DNA of 64,000 bases. Source: Ramazzottius varieornatus. Taxonomy: Eukaryota; Animalia; Tardigrada. Location of the stretch: NCBI GenBank assembly GCA_001949185.1, contig BDGG01000001.1:5073624-5137623 (forward strand), written 5' to 3'. Position numbers and translations under genes: made by a program. Shown here one piece after another: positions 16,403-29,779 of this stretch (position 1 is its first letter; the number at the start of each line of letters is the position of its first letter). A model generated the notes under the pieces. That model was not told where the DNA came from and did no database searches. It was given only the letters and a program-made list of their open reading frames with translations.

Positions 16403-17405
16403 CTATTTGGCGGAACGGGCCATTTGGTGCCTCTCAGCGACGTCTTCCCAGTTGATTATGTTGAAAATTTCTTTCACATAATCTGCTCGAACGTTCTTGT
16501 ATTGAAGATAATAGGCGTGCTCCCAAACATCGATGCCCAAAAGAGGTATCAATCCTATTTGCAGAAGGAAAGGCTCTGAGTACTAGCGGCACAACATAAA
16601 CAGTCGGAAAGACCCGGAAGAACAATAGAATGCAAGGAGGGATCACGGCACGTACCTGTCGTAGATTCCAAGGGGTCTTGGTTCTGGCACTGTGCCACCT
16701 GCAGCTTCTTCGCTTGCATGTTGTACCCTAGCCAGCCCCATCCCGATCCTTGGATCGAAGTCGACGTTGTGCTGAGAAGCTTCTTGAAAGCATCGAAGCT
16801 ACCGAAATCCTTCTTGATGGCATCGGCGAGGTCTCCTGTGGAAGGACAGGCGCAAAATCAAATCCGCTGATGTAACCGGAAGTGCGACGATAGCGGATCG
16901 ATGCGCTCACCTTTTGGTTCTTTTCCTCCGTTGGGCGATAAATTGTTCCAGAAAATACTGTGGTTGATGTGGCCACCTCCATTAAACTTCACGACTCCTT
17001 GCAACTCAATGGCAGACTTCAGATCACCTGAAGAACAGAAAAAGAATAAACCGATCTGGTGCGCACAAGTCAGAACAAAAATACAAACCACGTGGTCCTC
17101 CATGATAGGAGGCCGCAGGCCAGTCACGTGGTTTATGTAATACTCTGGAAACGTGGCTAAGAGTTACCGTTCTTCAGAGCAGTCATCATCTTCTCCTCGG
17201 CAGCGTTTAAATTGGTCACATACGTTTGGTGGTGCTTATCATGGTGCAGCTTCATAATGTCCGCAGAAATGACCGGTTCCAGCGCGTTGTACTCGTAAGG
17301 GAGCTCCGGAAGAGTGTACTTTCCCTGAGCACCGGCCATGCTTCGGACTGCATTCTGGATGCCAGTCACGCTGGCTTTCCTACAAGCAAAAGCATGCGCA
17401 CGCAT
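16403..17405 (-). CDS. SOD2: Mitochondrial Mn superoxide dismutase (4 exons)
   Basis: Transit peptide then [35 protein letters not shown]; [14 protein letters not shown]; [10 protein letters not shown]; NQDPL; [23 protein letters not shown]. Confidence 0.96.
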
Positions 17406-17958
17406 CACACTGTGTGGTAGGGGACGCCCTACTTACGTGATGGCTGCCGTGAACTTCGAGAGATACATTTCTGGCGGAATGAGGGAAGAGCATGCACGGA
17501 ATAAAAGACAACTTCGCAGCTGATAAATGTTTTTCGTCGCCTGACTCGTCCTCTTTGAAGAATAAAGCAATGGCGAGCCGAAGGGGCAGCAGAAGTCTAG
17601 TTGATTGGTTAACAAAGAGTGATGTCGTCCACTGCCACAAGACTGCACCATGGTGGACAGTTCGCTCAGGCTCAGCTGATTCATGAATCCCTTCCTCGTT
17701 TCTCACAGATTTCCATCGGCTCTTTTCGCAGATCCCGTTCCAAATTTTAGCCGGGAGCTGCTATCCCTTACAGTGCTCCTGTTTCCTGTCGATCCTCGCC
17801 GTGCTGGATAACAGTTCGCCGCTCGTGAGCGTGGAAGGTCCGGGACATTGCCGAAGAAGCAGAAGAATACAGGGTAGAGTGGTACTGAGTGCTGACGTGG
17901 ACGAATCTTATCCTCCTGGCCAGTCCCCAACTACCGCTCCGCTGTTCGCAGCTCGACC
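17406..17958. promoter_or_regulatory. Probable bidirectional promoter SOD2 / jagunal
   Basis: Divergent start codons ~550 bp apart. Inferred from gene arrangement only. Confidence 0.45.
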
Positions 17959-18659
17959 ATGGCTTCGAAAGGCGTAAGAGTCACGGGGACTGATGGAAGT
18001 GACTTCGAACACCGAGAAACCGTGGCTGGACGGTACAAAAGCAGGTGAAGTACTCGTTTCTGGTTGGCTTGGGTTGTGTCTATGACGTCATGAGAAACGT
18101 GCGCGAACTCCAGTAGTTATACCGTATGATGATACTGCACGATGACGTCCCTTGCGAATCAAATATGGTTCCTGGTTGCAGTATTGCCTTCAAAGGGAAG
18201 CTCCGCTGGGGAATCTACGCTCACATCGCCTTGTACCTGATAATGACTGGAAAAATGTTCAACGATTTTCTCGACCGTTTTGATATCCTAATTCCCGCCG
18301 TAGCGGAATTGGCCATACCGAAACCGTTAACGTGGGAGTATGTCTGGATGGCGTCGTTAGTGCCATCGCTCTTTGGTCTAGCCTCGCTCAACCGGAACCG
18401 CAATGTTTTCCTCCACGTTTTTATCTACGGTACGATTCTCTTAGGAATTTTCCCAGTTTTAGCAGGAACGGCATCGTGGTCCACAGCGCTGCTAGATTAC
18501 TACAATGACCACCGTAGCACCAAAGATCGCTTCATGGGACAACCAACCGTTGTCCTATGGTTTATTTTTTTTGCACTGGCTTTGGAAGTTCATGGATACT
18601 GTTTGTACTGTGCTTTCAATCTGAGAAAAGCTTGGGATAAGACCTTCAAGACCAAGTAA
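17959..18659 (+). CDS. JAGN1: Protein jagunal (ER membrane), 2 exons (17959-18044, 18182-18659)
   Basis: MASKGVRVTGTDGSDFEHRETVAGRYKS signature; IPKPLTWEYVW; four hydrophobic segments; C-terminal dilysine-type KTFKTK. Confidence 0.93.
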
Positions 18660-20051
18660 GGAGATTAAGATGTGTTGGTATTTTTCTTTCTGCATTTTTG
18701 TTTCCTAGTTGGTGTTGGAAGTTATGTTTATCTTGTCCCACTCATAGTGAGAAAACATGCCCCGTTTATGTTTCTGCCAGATTCTCGAATAGAAACTGCC
18801 TCTGATTCCCTTCTCATGCTACCCTGTCGCAAATAGATTGATCAAGATGTCAGTATAGCTTCTGCTCGTAATGTCAAACACGGAGTACCCCGAAATAACC
18901 AGATTTTATTGCGAGTACTCCAGCTAATGGAGCCCGCACGCAAGAAACACAGTCTCTTATGAGACTCTGAGAGGACGCAAGCGCTCACTCGCAAATGACG
19001 AGATAATAGACCTGTTTCGAAAGTCATGTTTCGGCTCTGAATAGAATAAAATCTCATGATTTTATACTGTATACTGTGCCAGTTTCTGTGCAGAAACCGT
19101 TTCGCGGTTTGCTCACTTCCGGCACAGAATATTAGCATAAAGGGATATTAGGCCGCGCCAGTTCAGCAGGGCATCGGAATTCGCGGGGCCTATCATTTAG
19201 CCCTCAACTGGATAAAGACCGGACTTCGTTCGCTTTTTCTGGCGATAGTTTCCGGAAGACAATTATCTCACTTCAATGCTAGTTTCGGTCGAAAACATGA
19301 TGGATTTCGAGAAGGAACGAGAGCGAAAGTCAAGTGGCGCAATGTGGGAGAGGCGTGTAGCTCGGATCACTTGACGCGCCAAGTCCCGTTCGCTGATTGG
19401 TCTGATCACGCTCCACTCCACCAAAACTTCAGATTTCGACGAAAGTGATCAATGGTACAATCAACTCAGCTTGCACAGAATTTCAAATTCTGTGCAGCGA
19501 TATTAGGCAAAACATAAGCCGTGGATAACTGCACAGCATATGTACAGGTTTTACCTGTACATATGCTGTGCAAGCCGAAAACATGACTTGCGAAACAGGT
19601 CCAATACAGTAAAAATAGTGTTATGGTGTACCAAACTGCCTCTTGCTTGACCACTGGCCAATATTTATTCTCATGAGAAGCGTGACGACCTTCTTTTAAG
19701 GCGGACACGCCCAACAGCACCACAAAAAACAGTTTAGTCCTATTGTACAGTCTGAACATGGCTGGTCTAGCTGGGCTAAGGGGTCTCTGTGCTGAGACTC
19801 TTCAAAGCTTTGCCCTGAGCACAATCTGGACAATAAGGCAAGTTACCGAATCCTTTCAGCCAAGCTCCCAGTGAAGTTTATACGTGGCAAATGCGCAACA
19901 GAAAGTCACTGTAGTAGGGTGAGACGCGGTTTTCACGATGGCCGTCTGCGTCATGAAATGATTCCCGATGGCATCCCCGTTCGACAAGAATCAGAAGATT
20001 TCGGGAGGACAACGGAGCCATTTCCGTTACGCCGAATGCCGGTAAGTCCAC

Positions 20052-22191
20052 CTATTCTCGAGTACGTCTCAAGATGTCAGATAACCTTCTCATTTTCGAC
20101 ATCTGATTGGCGGCGTACAGCCTGGTTTCCCACAACGACTCGATTAACTGTAATGAATAACTCAATATAGCATTTTAAAAACAACGTTTTGAAACAAGAT
20201 TGGAGCACGCCAGGATTACCGTCTCATCGTCCGTGCAATCCAGTGGCACGTAGCGACTCAGAAGGGGGCTGAAGCGGAAAAATGGGATACCCATGGAATG
20301 ACACCAGGTCTTCGAGCGATCGACGACCCGACCATCGGTATCCGTTGCCTATAAATGATTTACATTTTCGTATGTCCGGTAGCTCAGAATTTCTACATTC
20401 TGCGCTTGGAGTCAGCATACTTGGGTCACGATCATACGGCCTAGTGTCGAGAACCCTGTCAAAATTCTCGGGGCTTTTTTCAGTTCCGCAAAGGTCTCTG
20501 GTCGGAAAATGTCGAAATGGACGATGGCTTCGGGCGGCGAAATGCCCGTCCCGAGCGAGATGACTGTTCCCAACTCCGGTATCTGTTCCGGGAGGCCCTG
20601 CGACCGTAGAGAGCAAGAATGCAAACCAAGTATTCAAACTTGGGATGAACTTTAGCGGCAACCAGGAAGACGGCACTAACCTCCATTTTTAAATAATTGA
20701 AATAGTCGAATATCTCAGTCAGTGCGTCCAGAGTTGGGTTATTGGCAATGAGTCCGCCGTCCAGATAGCCTCCGTAGCTGCGGAAATAAGTGGGTGCCGC
20801 TCCTGTAGCTCTTCCAGCTTTCCACATCAACTGGGTGTGGCAGTCTGTAGAGCCGAGAAACTAAGTTCAGAACGGAAACAGCCCACTTCTCTCCAAAAAC
20901 TAAATGAAACTCAAACCATCGATGGAATACCTTCTACTTCCTTCTTATGGGAGTTCTGATGCTGGGGCGCAATATTTGCAACACTTTTCCTGCTGCCTTG
21001 AGGATGCGGATAGTTTCTAAAGAAGTGCAGGTTCAGGGGTATTTGGTCCGCCATGCATGCCGGTATTAGGAGCCTAGGTCGCTCTATTGCACTCATGGGC
21101 GTATCTTCACCGAATAGACTCTTCAGCAGATCCTCTAATGGTTCAGACTTGTACGGTCTTTTTCCAAAAAAGACTGTGTCCTTCATACGGAAGTACAAAG
21201 CCAAACACTGGCTGATCGAGTACCCTGAAAACTGATATTTTCTAAGTGCAAAAAACGCTGAACTTTTGCTGGAACACACAGCGAAACAGTCGCATTGAAA
21301 CATCAACGTATTGACACCTTTCGCCAAACATAATGCTAAAATTCCTCCTGTGCTTGTTCCCGAAATCCAGTCGAAATACTCCACAATGGGCCGGTCTAGT
21401 TGTTCCTCAATCGACATTAGCAATTGAATCAGTATCATGCCGCGTATCCCGCCTCCATCTAAACAGAGCACGTTCTCTTTTCTTTTCCGTTTCCGGGGCG
21501 GAATAGGCGGAGGATCAGCGTTCACACCAGTCTCATCATCATCCAGTTTTCCCTGTGCTAAACTATCTTTCCGCAACTGAAGTCTGACATGGGATATGGC
21601 CGAGTTGTTTGGCTTTGCATGAACCGTGGTTCCCGCACCAAGACTCAGCACAGCCAAGAGCTCGTCCTTCCGCTTGGATGGCATTGACTTCTGAACGAGG
21701 CTCAGGGCGGAGTAACCGTTCTTATTTGGATCCGTAGTCTTCGCCCCGAAAACGACGAGGCACTTTACAATGATGGTTTTGGCGTTGTAAAATACGGCAA
21801 AGTGAAGTGGAGTGTTGTCCTTATTATCTTTCGGTTCGGGACTGGCACCACGACTAAGCAAGGCCACGACTACTTCAAAGTTGTTTCTCATAACTTGTGC
21901 ATGTAAGGGGGTTTCTCCGAGAACATTGGAAGCGTTCATATCCATACCGTCCGAAATCAGCTTATGGGCTGCCACACGGTTGGTGACAGTGAATAGCTGA
22001 TTTTCCGTTTGTGCAAGTAGACGAGATGTTCGCTTGCTGTCTTTGGGCTCCTTTGGTTCTCGAGTAGGTGTGGCAGAAGCCGATGCCGCAACAGGAGGCG
22101 CGTTAGATGAAACAGTAGACAACTCATTCTCGGCCAGTTTCTTGTCGGTGTTCGAGTCTGTGTTCGTAGAAGCTCCGGGCTGCGAACTCAT
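20052..22191 (-). CDS. PLA2G6: Calcium-independent phospholipase A2 beta-like (ankyrin + patatin), multi-exon
   Basis: Ankyrin repeats GETPLH and NTPLHFAV; patatin [57 protein letters not shown]...FFRFSP; stop at 20052-20054. Confidence 0.9.
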
Positions 22192-22964
22192 AGTAAATCT
22201 AAAATTGGAAATAGCGACTGGGGTGTAAACCTGTTTTGATGATTCGTCGCAAATTATAACATGAAACACTGGTTAGACAGACCACCGTACCGAACTTTAT
22301 AGGATTGATTGGCACGGAACCATAGTGACAAAAATGTTGAACATGTCGAAGATCAAGACCGGTCATCAGCACAGCTGCGTCCCTGACATTCTCCGAGCGT
22401 GGGCTCTTCGGCAAAGAAATGCTTTAGCGAGCCGGTCGATATAAAGAAAATCGAACGGATGGTGACAGCGACTGATGGGTCGTAGAATGAAGCGACAAAC
22501 GACAGCGTATGCAGTTTTCCGACCTGATGGCTAAGCTCGAAGTAACTCTAGAAACGTTACGATACATGGGTATCTCCATACGAGAATGTGTCCAAAGCAT
22601 GTCTGACCAAATTGTTCACGAGCGCAGTTTAAAGTTTTCGGACCCCAAGGGCAAACTTAAACGGAACTTGTACCAACATCAAACAGAGTTTAAAGAACAC
22701 GAATCTGAAGTCCGAATTGACTTTCGACCACTGGTCAATAAGTTACGAATATTTTACTGGAGGGTGACTAGTACCAGTAACAACGCAAGCTTAAATTGAC
22801 AAACAGAAAATATTCGACCGCGAAGAAATGCGCAGATGCTGGAAAGCTTATCGAGAAAAGGTGGAGAAGATCCCGAGAATAAAAAATGCTAAAGAAAGGA
22901 ACTGATGGTGATGGTTGAGAAGGAAGTAAACAAAGCGTCCGGCTGTTATCTATAGAAAAAGAGA

Positions 22965-23638
22965 TTAGACAGCGTCATCGTCGAACTTTCGGCTTGCTTT
23001 GATGGTGGCCAGGAGATCGTGGTAGGCCTTGCGCTCTCGTGCAACTTTTCGGTGCAGACGGCGGGTGGGGAAGAGGAAGAAGGAGGTGGCGATGATGAGG
23101 CCAACCATCATTCCGCCCAGCGCGATGTACAGCATTCGGATATCGTCGTCCAGGTCTTCGATGGCCTTGTTCGGGGGAACCTCTTCCATGTGGCATTTGT
23201 TCTGAAGATCCTCGTAGAGCTCCGTCGTGACATCAACGAAACGCTGGGACAGGAGGTCTTCGCCCATGTTATGGTCGCGGTAGTATTGCTGGAAAAGCTG
23301 TAAAAAGTGTGGGCGTTTAGACAAAAATAATTAAGATGGGCGTATATCGTCGGAAACATGGTTAGCATAAGTCGGTAAAATGGTAGTATTTCGTCGGTGC
23401 ACTAATCTGAACACTTTAAAGACGTAGTTGAAAGGAGGAAAATATTTAGGAACACTAAATCTAGATAATCTATTAAAGGTAAACTTACTTGAAAGACTTG
23501 CTTGCCGAATGGAGCTATTTCCGTGACCATGGCTGGTGCCAGCTCTTTGGCCGCAATCAAAAATTTGTCCATCATGAGCGCATTCGTGGAGAATGACCTA
23601 AAGGCGAGCAAAAGGATGAACAGCGGGATGAAAACCAT
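22965..23638 (-). CDS. Orphan ~160-aa type I single-pass membrane protein (2 exons: 23638-23489, 23297-22965)
   Basis: Signal-peptide-like MVFIPLFILLLAFRSFSTNA; phase-0 GTAAGT...TTTTACAG intron; TM LYIALGGMMVGLIIATSFFLF followed by basic stop-transfer PTRRLHRK. Confidence 0.6.
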
Positions 23639-23992
23639 TTTGAAGGTCTTTGTTGCGGAAAAGGAGGATAAAATGGGATGATGTGGACTGGAGGAGAATG
23701 CGAGCAGTGAGCAAGGCAAAAGCAAAAGTGATCTGGGCTCGAAATAAAGCTGAAGGTGTAGGAGGCTATGCACAAGGACAAATACAGCTGTAGTGATGGT
23801 CGTAAGCACTATTGTTTTATAGGCAGGTTGTCAGTGTTTGTGTAGCAGAGGAATTTATGATAAGAATTCGCGGACAGTGTCCAGCTTTCCGAAGACTTAA
23901 ACATTCCAATAAAGCGAATCGATTTCAGATTTCGATTTGTCTTGATAGCGCTTGGTGCGAACCATGAACTGTAACCTTTGTTCCGCGCAATA

Positions 23993-26900
23993 ATGGCCAA
24001 TGTCAAAGGTCCAGCATGGAACTATTTTGAATCGTTAAATGTTTCGAGGGGGAACGAGGAAGTGAAGTGCAGGTTTTGTGGCAAACTGTACAAATCGGCC
24101 AAGGAAGACCGTCTGGTGGACCATTTGTTAAAACAATGCCCCGCAGTCAGTAATGAGGCAAAGACCGCGGCAGGCCATCCAGACACTACAACTACATTAC
24201 CACAGCTTGTTGCGCAGGTTGAAGGGGATCAAGACGGAGACGATTCTTCCGACGACGAAAGCGAGATAGGCGACGATGCCGAAGGTTAGCCGACGTGGAC
24301 ATTGTGCTAGAAATTATGATTTGCACTAATTTAATGCAAAAAATGAAACTGAAATTATTTTTCCTGTTCGGACTAAAGTTACTTGAATGATCTGTACGCA
24401 AGTGTGTTTTGTTTATGTACTTCTTCTGCTTAACTATGTTTATCTGGCGCTCATCTGTTGTCGGTTAGACAAGTCCGACGATGAAAAGGAATATATGTCA
24501 GTGGAGGAACAAGAGGCTAGAAAATGTGGTGAAATAACATACTGCTTGCCAGCATTCCCTGATATCGATGTCACTGAACTGAATGATGTTGATGAACAGC
24601 CGGTTCCTGACCGTACCTTTACCGAGGAAGATATTCTGCAAATGGACGTGGATAATAACGATGATGTTGGAGTGTTCAGCAATGATGGACCAGATGCTGG
24701 GTGGTGGCAGGAAATTGAAACTGAATTGTTCGACGAAAACCCGGAAATACCCCAACCTCAACCGCGCCGGCGAACGCAGCCCCGAGTACTGCATCGTTCT
24801 CATCTGAGGTAAATACCGCACTTTCAAACACGATCACGTTTCCCTTTGCCACGTTTAATAACTGAAATGAAATTTGTGCTCGCGTTTGACCAAACATTTG
24901 CGTTGTGGTAATGCTCGCTGTTGACTGACTACTCATTTGAAATAAACGTTCATCGAGTAGTAAAATAACCATCAGATGGGCGTGAAACCGAGTTTGACAG
25001 ATTATCCTATAAAATATTTTTATGTTATCAGGAAAAATCACACGGGAAGCCGTGGATTGAAGCAATCGAGCAAAGTCGCTACACGGACTTCGTCAGTAAA
25101 CACCACGCGTGTACGAAACAGTGCCATGCAATCCTGACGCAGGAACAACTCATGGGTAGACGGAAGTCTATTCGCTCACTTGGTTATCACGCCCGATCGG
25201 TGTTCCTTGTCTCCCAAGTCATGACAGCTTTCCCACTGGACAGACAGCGGAACGCCAAATTCTTTTTTTCCTCCGATCGAAAAATTTGCCGTGAAGCTTT
25301 CGTCTACGCAAACGACATCACGAAATCTCGTCTTTACAGAGCTTGGAAACTTGTGAGCAACGGGTCCTTCAGAAATCTTCAGCATGGTCTAGCAGGAGCC
25401 AAGGGAACTTCCGCGTTGAAGAAACCTCAGATCGAAGGAGTACTGAGGTTCTTGGTGGAATACGGTTCACTTCATGGACTGCCTGTGCCTACCGTTCAAG
25501 GAGCAAGTACCGGTCTTCCAAATGTTTACCTTCCCACCAAGCTCGCGAAGGTGGAATTATGGGAAAAATACGAGGTTAGTTATATCATGTCGAACGCAGG
25601 CTCATTGCAGGCCGTAATCTTCAACCGTAATGTGGTATAGCCGAAGATAAATGCATGACAAAAATGAAGAAGAGTTTGGCCAATTGTTCACTGACTAAAT
25701 TCGGGCAGTAATACAAGAAGCTGCCGCAGTGACGTCACTAAATATCATCGGTCCTTACTGTGAACATTGAGCTCTGTCGGCTAATCAGTTGGTCCGCACT
25801 GCCCTGTGTACGCGTGACGCGTCGATAGCCCCAGTGACGTCACTGCGGCAATCCATCCCTACTACATTGACGTCTCGTATCAAAATGCTTTTTATTGAAG
25901 AGCTGATGGGCCTGCTCTTCGACATGTTTAACTGTCTTTGTTTCAGGAAAGAATGGTCGGTCCCGGGCAAGCCGTGAAGCAGCAGAATTTTTATAATATT
26001 TGGGACAAGTATGCGCGTCACATAAAGATTCGTAGGGCTCACACGGACATGTGCAACGTTTGCGATAAGTTGTTCAGAATCTATCACGGACCTCGAGGTG
26101 ACACAGGGAAGCAGACCGCAAAGGCCCAGTGGGAAGCTCATCTCGAGCACGCAGCTCAGCAGAGAGCCCAGTACAGGGAGAAAGTGCTGATGAGTAAACT
26201 GCAGTATAAAAACCTGGATCCTGAAACGAAGAAGTTTTCAAAAATTGACGGCCGTAAGTAAAAAACGGAAACACAGAAGCTCGAAAACAACAACTGTACC
26301 CGTATCTGCATAATTGATCTATGGTTATAGGTACTGCAGTCCGTGTCGTTTCTTTCGACTTTGCCCAAAGCGTGGGTCTCCCTCACCACACCGACCAGGC
26401 AGGCGCCATATACTTCAAGGTGAGTTCCTTTTCTGCAGACCTCCACCACGTTTGTAAGCATATCCGTTCACGCAATTAATCACGTAGAACCTCAATTCTT
26501 ATCAATTATTATAGTCGCCACTGGGTGTCCACATTTTTGGCCTTGTCGACGAGTCAAACTCCTGGGTGTATTACTTCTTCATGAATAAGTCAAACTGCAT
26601 CGGCCTAGACGGCAAGGACTCACATGGCCCAAACTCCGTGCTGTCCATGCTGGATTTCTTCCTCAAACTGTCCGACAACGGTGAGCGCAATCTCTGCATC
26701 TATGCAGACAACTGTACCGGTCAAAACAAGAATCGGTTTACGATGGGCTACCTTGCCCACTTGATCAAGACAGGCCGCTACGATACCAAAGAGATCCATT
26801 TTCTTCCTCCCGGACACACGAAATTCTCACCGGACGCGTTTTTTGGCCTACTGAAACGTATCTTCCGCCGTTTCTCCATCAACCTTCCGCACCAGATGAA

Positions 26901-27429
26901 AACGGAGATTGCCACTAAGGTAGCTTCTTCCCACACCTTTGACAAGGACGAAGAGCCAGAATGGATTTGGAAAGACATAAAGACCTTCGCCGAGGATCGG
27001 TATGAGTCCGTTCCTGGCATTAACGGTTCGGACCACTTCAAGCTTCATCGTGACGAGGAGCGCGGTGTCATTCTTCGACACTGTGCCAAGGAAGGAGGAC
27101 CAACAACCGAAGTGCTGATGGAGGCGGCAAAGAACAAGACGTCCATCGTGCGGACCCGCAAACTGGTACGACAAGCTCCCGTCCAAGTTCTTAAGACCGG
27201 TGGGTTCTCCGCAACGAGAGCCAAAGAACTGCTGAAACCGGTACTGCAACATGTCACTTACAACAAGCAAGACGAGTGGAAGAAGTTTATTACCACAAAC
27301 GCCCCTGCGCCACCTGCAGTTGCTGTTCCAAAGCGAAGGACTGCTCCGGCTCCTCCAAACCCGCCTACGCCCAGTCCTTCGTTACAGCCTTCTGTTCCTG
27401 CACCACCCAAGCGTCAACGAAAAAAGTGA
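23993..27429 (+). mobile_element. BED-zinc-finger + Sola-like (DUF7869-type) DDD transposase gene, ~6 exons, one apparent frameshift near 24750
   Basis: BED finger AWNYF...VKCRFCGK...RLVDHLLKQC; acidic linker; KICREAF; DMCNVCD; catalytic motifs SFDFAQ, YADNCTGQNKN, FLPPGHTKFSPDAFFG. Splice phases are consistent across 25032-27429. Superfamily assigned from motif recall. Confidence 0.75.
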
Positions 27430-28149
27430 CTCCGATTTTTCTGCATTCTCCCGCTTCAGTTACTTCTCGCAATTACATCGTTTTACTGCACCGCATTTCT
27501 ACTTAAAAATGGGTAGTTTAACATTTGCGTAAGTTTCATTCTTCCATAGAATCTCGCGCGTTTATCCCCAATAGAATCTCCCAGCCTCGCTGAATAACCT
27601 GCCACCTTAAATATTCCCATTCACCTCCTTACGTTTTATCTTCGTTGAATTCAAGGACAATGCTACCGCGAGTTATGCGCAGCAGTTCCCTACCGAATTT
27701 AGTGCCATGCTTCCCATCCAATTTTGCACTAAACTTCATGTGGAAGCGGCATCGGCTTCCCACGGGCAAAAAACAGTGCATACGCCCTTCCTTTTGGGGT
27801 GAATTTCAGCGTAAATTTTCAGCCACCCGTTGTGTGTTCATTACCGCACCAAAGTGCACCAAATTGAACCTTTGATACAGTTCGATATTTCGAACAACTT
27901 CATGTCATAAAAGATCGATTCCCAGCCAAAATACTTTGGACGCATTCTCGCATGGAGATACCCACATCTGCAATCCTAATTTATATATACTGTTATCCAT
28001 TTATTTTCACTGTACGCTCTCGTGTTCGCCCAGTTTCAGTCCGAATCGGTTCAAACTTTGCCCAAAATTCAGGAATGTTGTTTAGCTGTCGCCAACGTGG
28101 TCGGTTTTTCTGTTTTCTATTCTGTAGTTCAGATTTTGATTTTTTCTTG

Positions 28150-28188
28150 CAATTTTCATGGCTCCTGCGTGTTTTCATGATGCGGCTC
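28150..28188. repeat. Candidate right terminus of the Sola-like element
   Basis: Reverse complement reads GAGCCGCATCATGAAAAC, a GAG-starting end as expected for Sola2. No matching left TIR found. Confidence 0.3.
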
Positions 28189-28664
28189 ATTGCCTAGCAA
28201 GTTAGCAAATACTTTAGGCAGCTCCATTCCCCACGTCTATGTGTGCTGCTACATAGATCTTCCTGTGGAACTTTCACCGATAGGCACAAGCGAGGAACTC
28301 AACAGGCCCGTCCCAGTTCCGTCCACTATTTGGACCTTGGTGGTTCAGACCTACTCGAACTTCACCTGTGTTTCGCTGAATTAATGTTTTTGGGGCAAGT
28401 GGTTTCCCAGCGGACCGAACGTTCTCGAAAGCCACATGTAAAGCTGTAGAGAGTGGTCGGTGAGCTAGATCGAAGCGATTCTCGCAGCGGTTGCGGCCGT
28501 GACACTCTTTGGCCTCTGTTAGTTAAGGTAAACGGGGGGAAGGTAAAAGAGATAGTAGAAAGCTGGCCCACTGAAACAATGTGTCATCGGACACAGCGTT
28601 CGCGCTCCCAATTGGATGTCAAGCCTGAGAAGTTTTTCCGAAACAAATGTTTTCACAAACCGTA

Positions 28665-28862
28665 TAAGCATGACGGGAAATTATGGGGCCGGTAAAAATT
28701 ATGGGACCAGGCGGAAAAGACGGCACAATGGAAACCCAAACGTAAAAAAGTGGCCAAACGTGAACCACTGTGAATCGGCCACGTAAGTACGTGCTTCCGT
28801 ACCGCCGTAGTGAGGTCTGGTCCCATAATTTTTCCTGGCCCCATAATTTCCCGTTGTGCGTG
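28665..28862. mobile_element. Tc1/mariner-type MITE (~200 bp)
   Basis: ~38-bp near-perfect inverted repeats acgggaaattatggggccggtaaaaattatgggaccag / ctggtcccataatttttcctggccccataatttcccgt; TA on both flanks. Confidence 0.8.
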
Positions 28863-29779
28863 TACTAGATGGAACTTTCAACTTTGCAAGTTCGAAAGAA
28901 CGAGAAACGTACGACAATCAAGCATTAAGATATGAGAAGAAAACCGCTCGCAGGTCGAAAATCTCTGCTCTCTGGCCCTTCGCAATTCTGGCCGCAACAT
29001 CGACAGTACCGCTAGCACAGTACACTGCTAATTTCTTTTGGTTTTGCGTTTGGTGTTGAACGAGACTCTATTCTTTCGGCTATTTGTTTATCTTCGCCGA
29101 AAATTTCTCGTACGAATTGGTTTGAGTATTTTGTTCAACGAAGTACATTGCAGGATGGTCACTGTTGCCATCTGATCGTCTGAGCGGGAAGTAGAAAGCA
29201 AGGCTCCCTTCTAACTTCGCACTGTCTCTCTGCATGTTTTCTTCTATTTTCTCATGCAGCCGCGGTTCATGTGGTGAGTGAGCGCTACCCTCGCTATTTG
29301 CGATAAATGCAAATTTTGGTACTATAGTTTCATGGCATTAACCAAGTTCACCGCTGCGAGAGTGGAGTTGGTTAGATGTTTCCAGAAATCTTGGTGCCAC
29401 ACTTTGGCGGAATCAGCCTGACCGAACGACCGAGTTCCAGAACTTCCGCGGTACCCGAATAACCATTGGACAGAACATACATACTGCTCGAATTATTCTT
29501 CTAACTTTACGATTTCTCCATTGAATACCTAGCTGGAACGAAATCTCGGGAAATGAATTACATTTTTCTCGGATCCCTATCCGCATTTGTGAAACAGTTT
29601 TATCGGGTGAATCTCGACTTTGAGCTGGCACACCGAATACCTAGTCTTCTAAAAATCTGATTCTAGATCGGTTCACTGAAAGTCTAAGCCGGGAAAGCAG
29701 TACTTTCAGTAACTAGTCGGTCTAGTCGACTGTTTCTGTTTTCTGCTTTTCCGGCTCATATTTCACGAAACACCGAAAA

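Noticed and set aside
22429-22446. Left TIR of the Sola-like element (GAGCCG...)
   Set aside because: Only 6 bp match the candidate right end, and there is no TSD.
22440-22799. Kinase C-lobe remnant (RMQFSDLMAKLE)
   Set aside because: A single weak motif with no other kinase subdomains.
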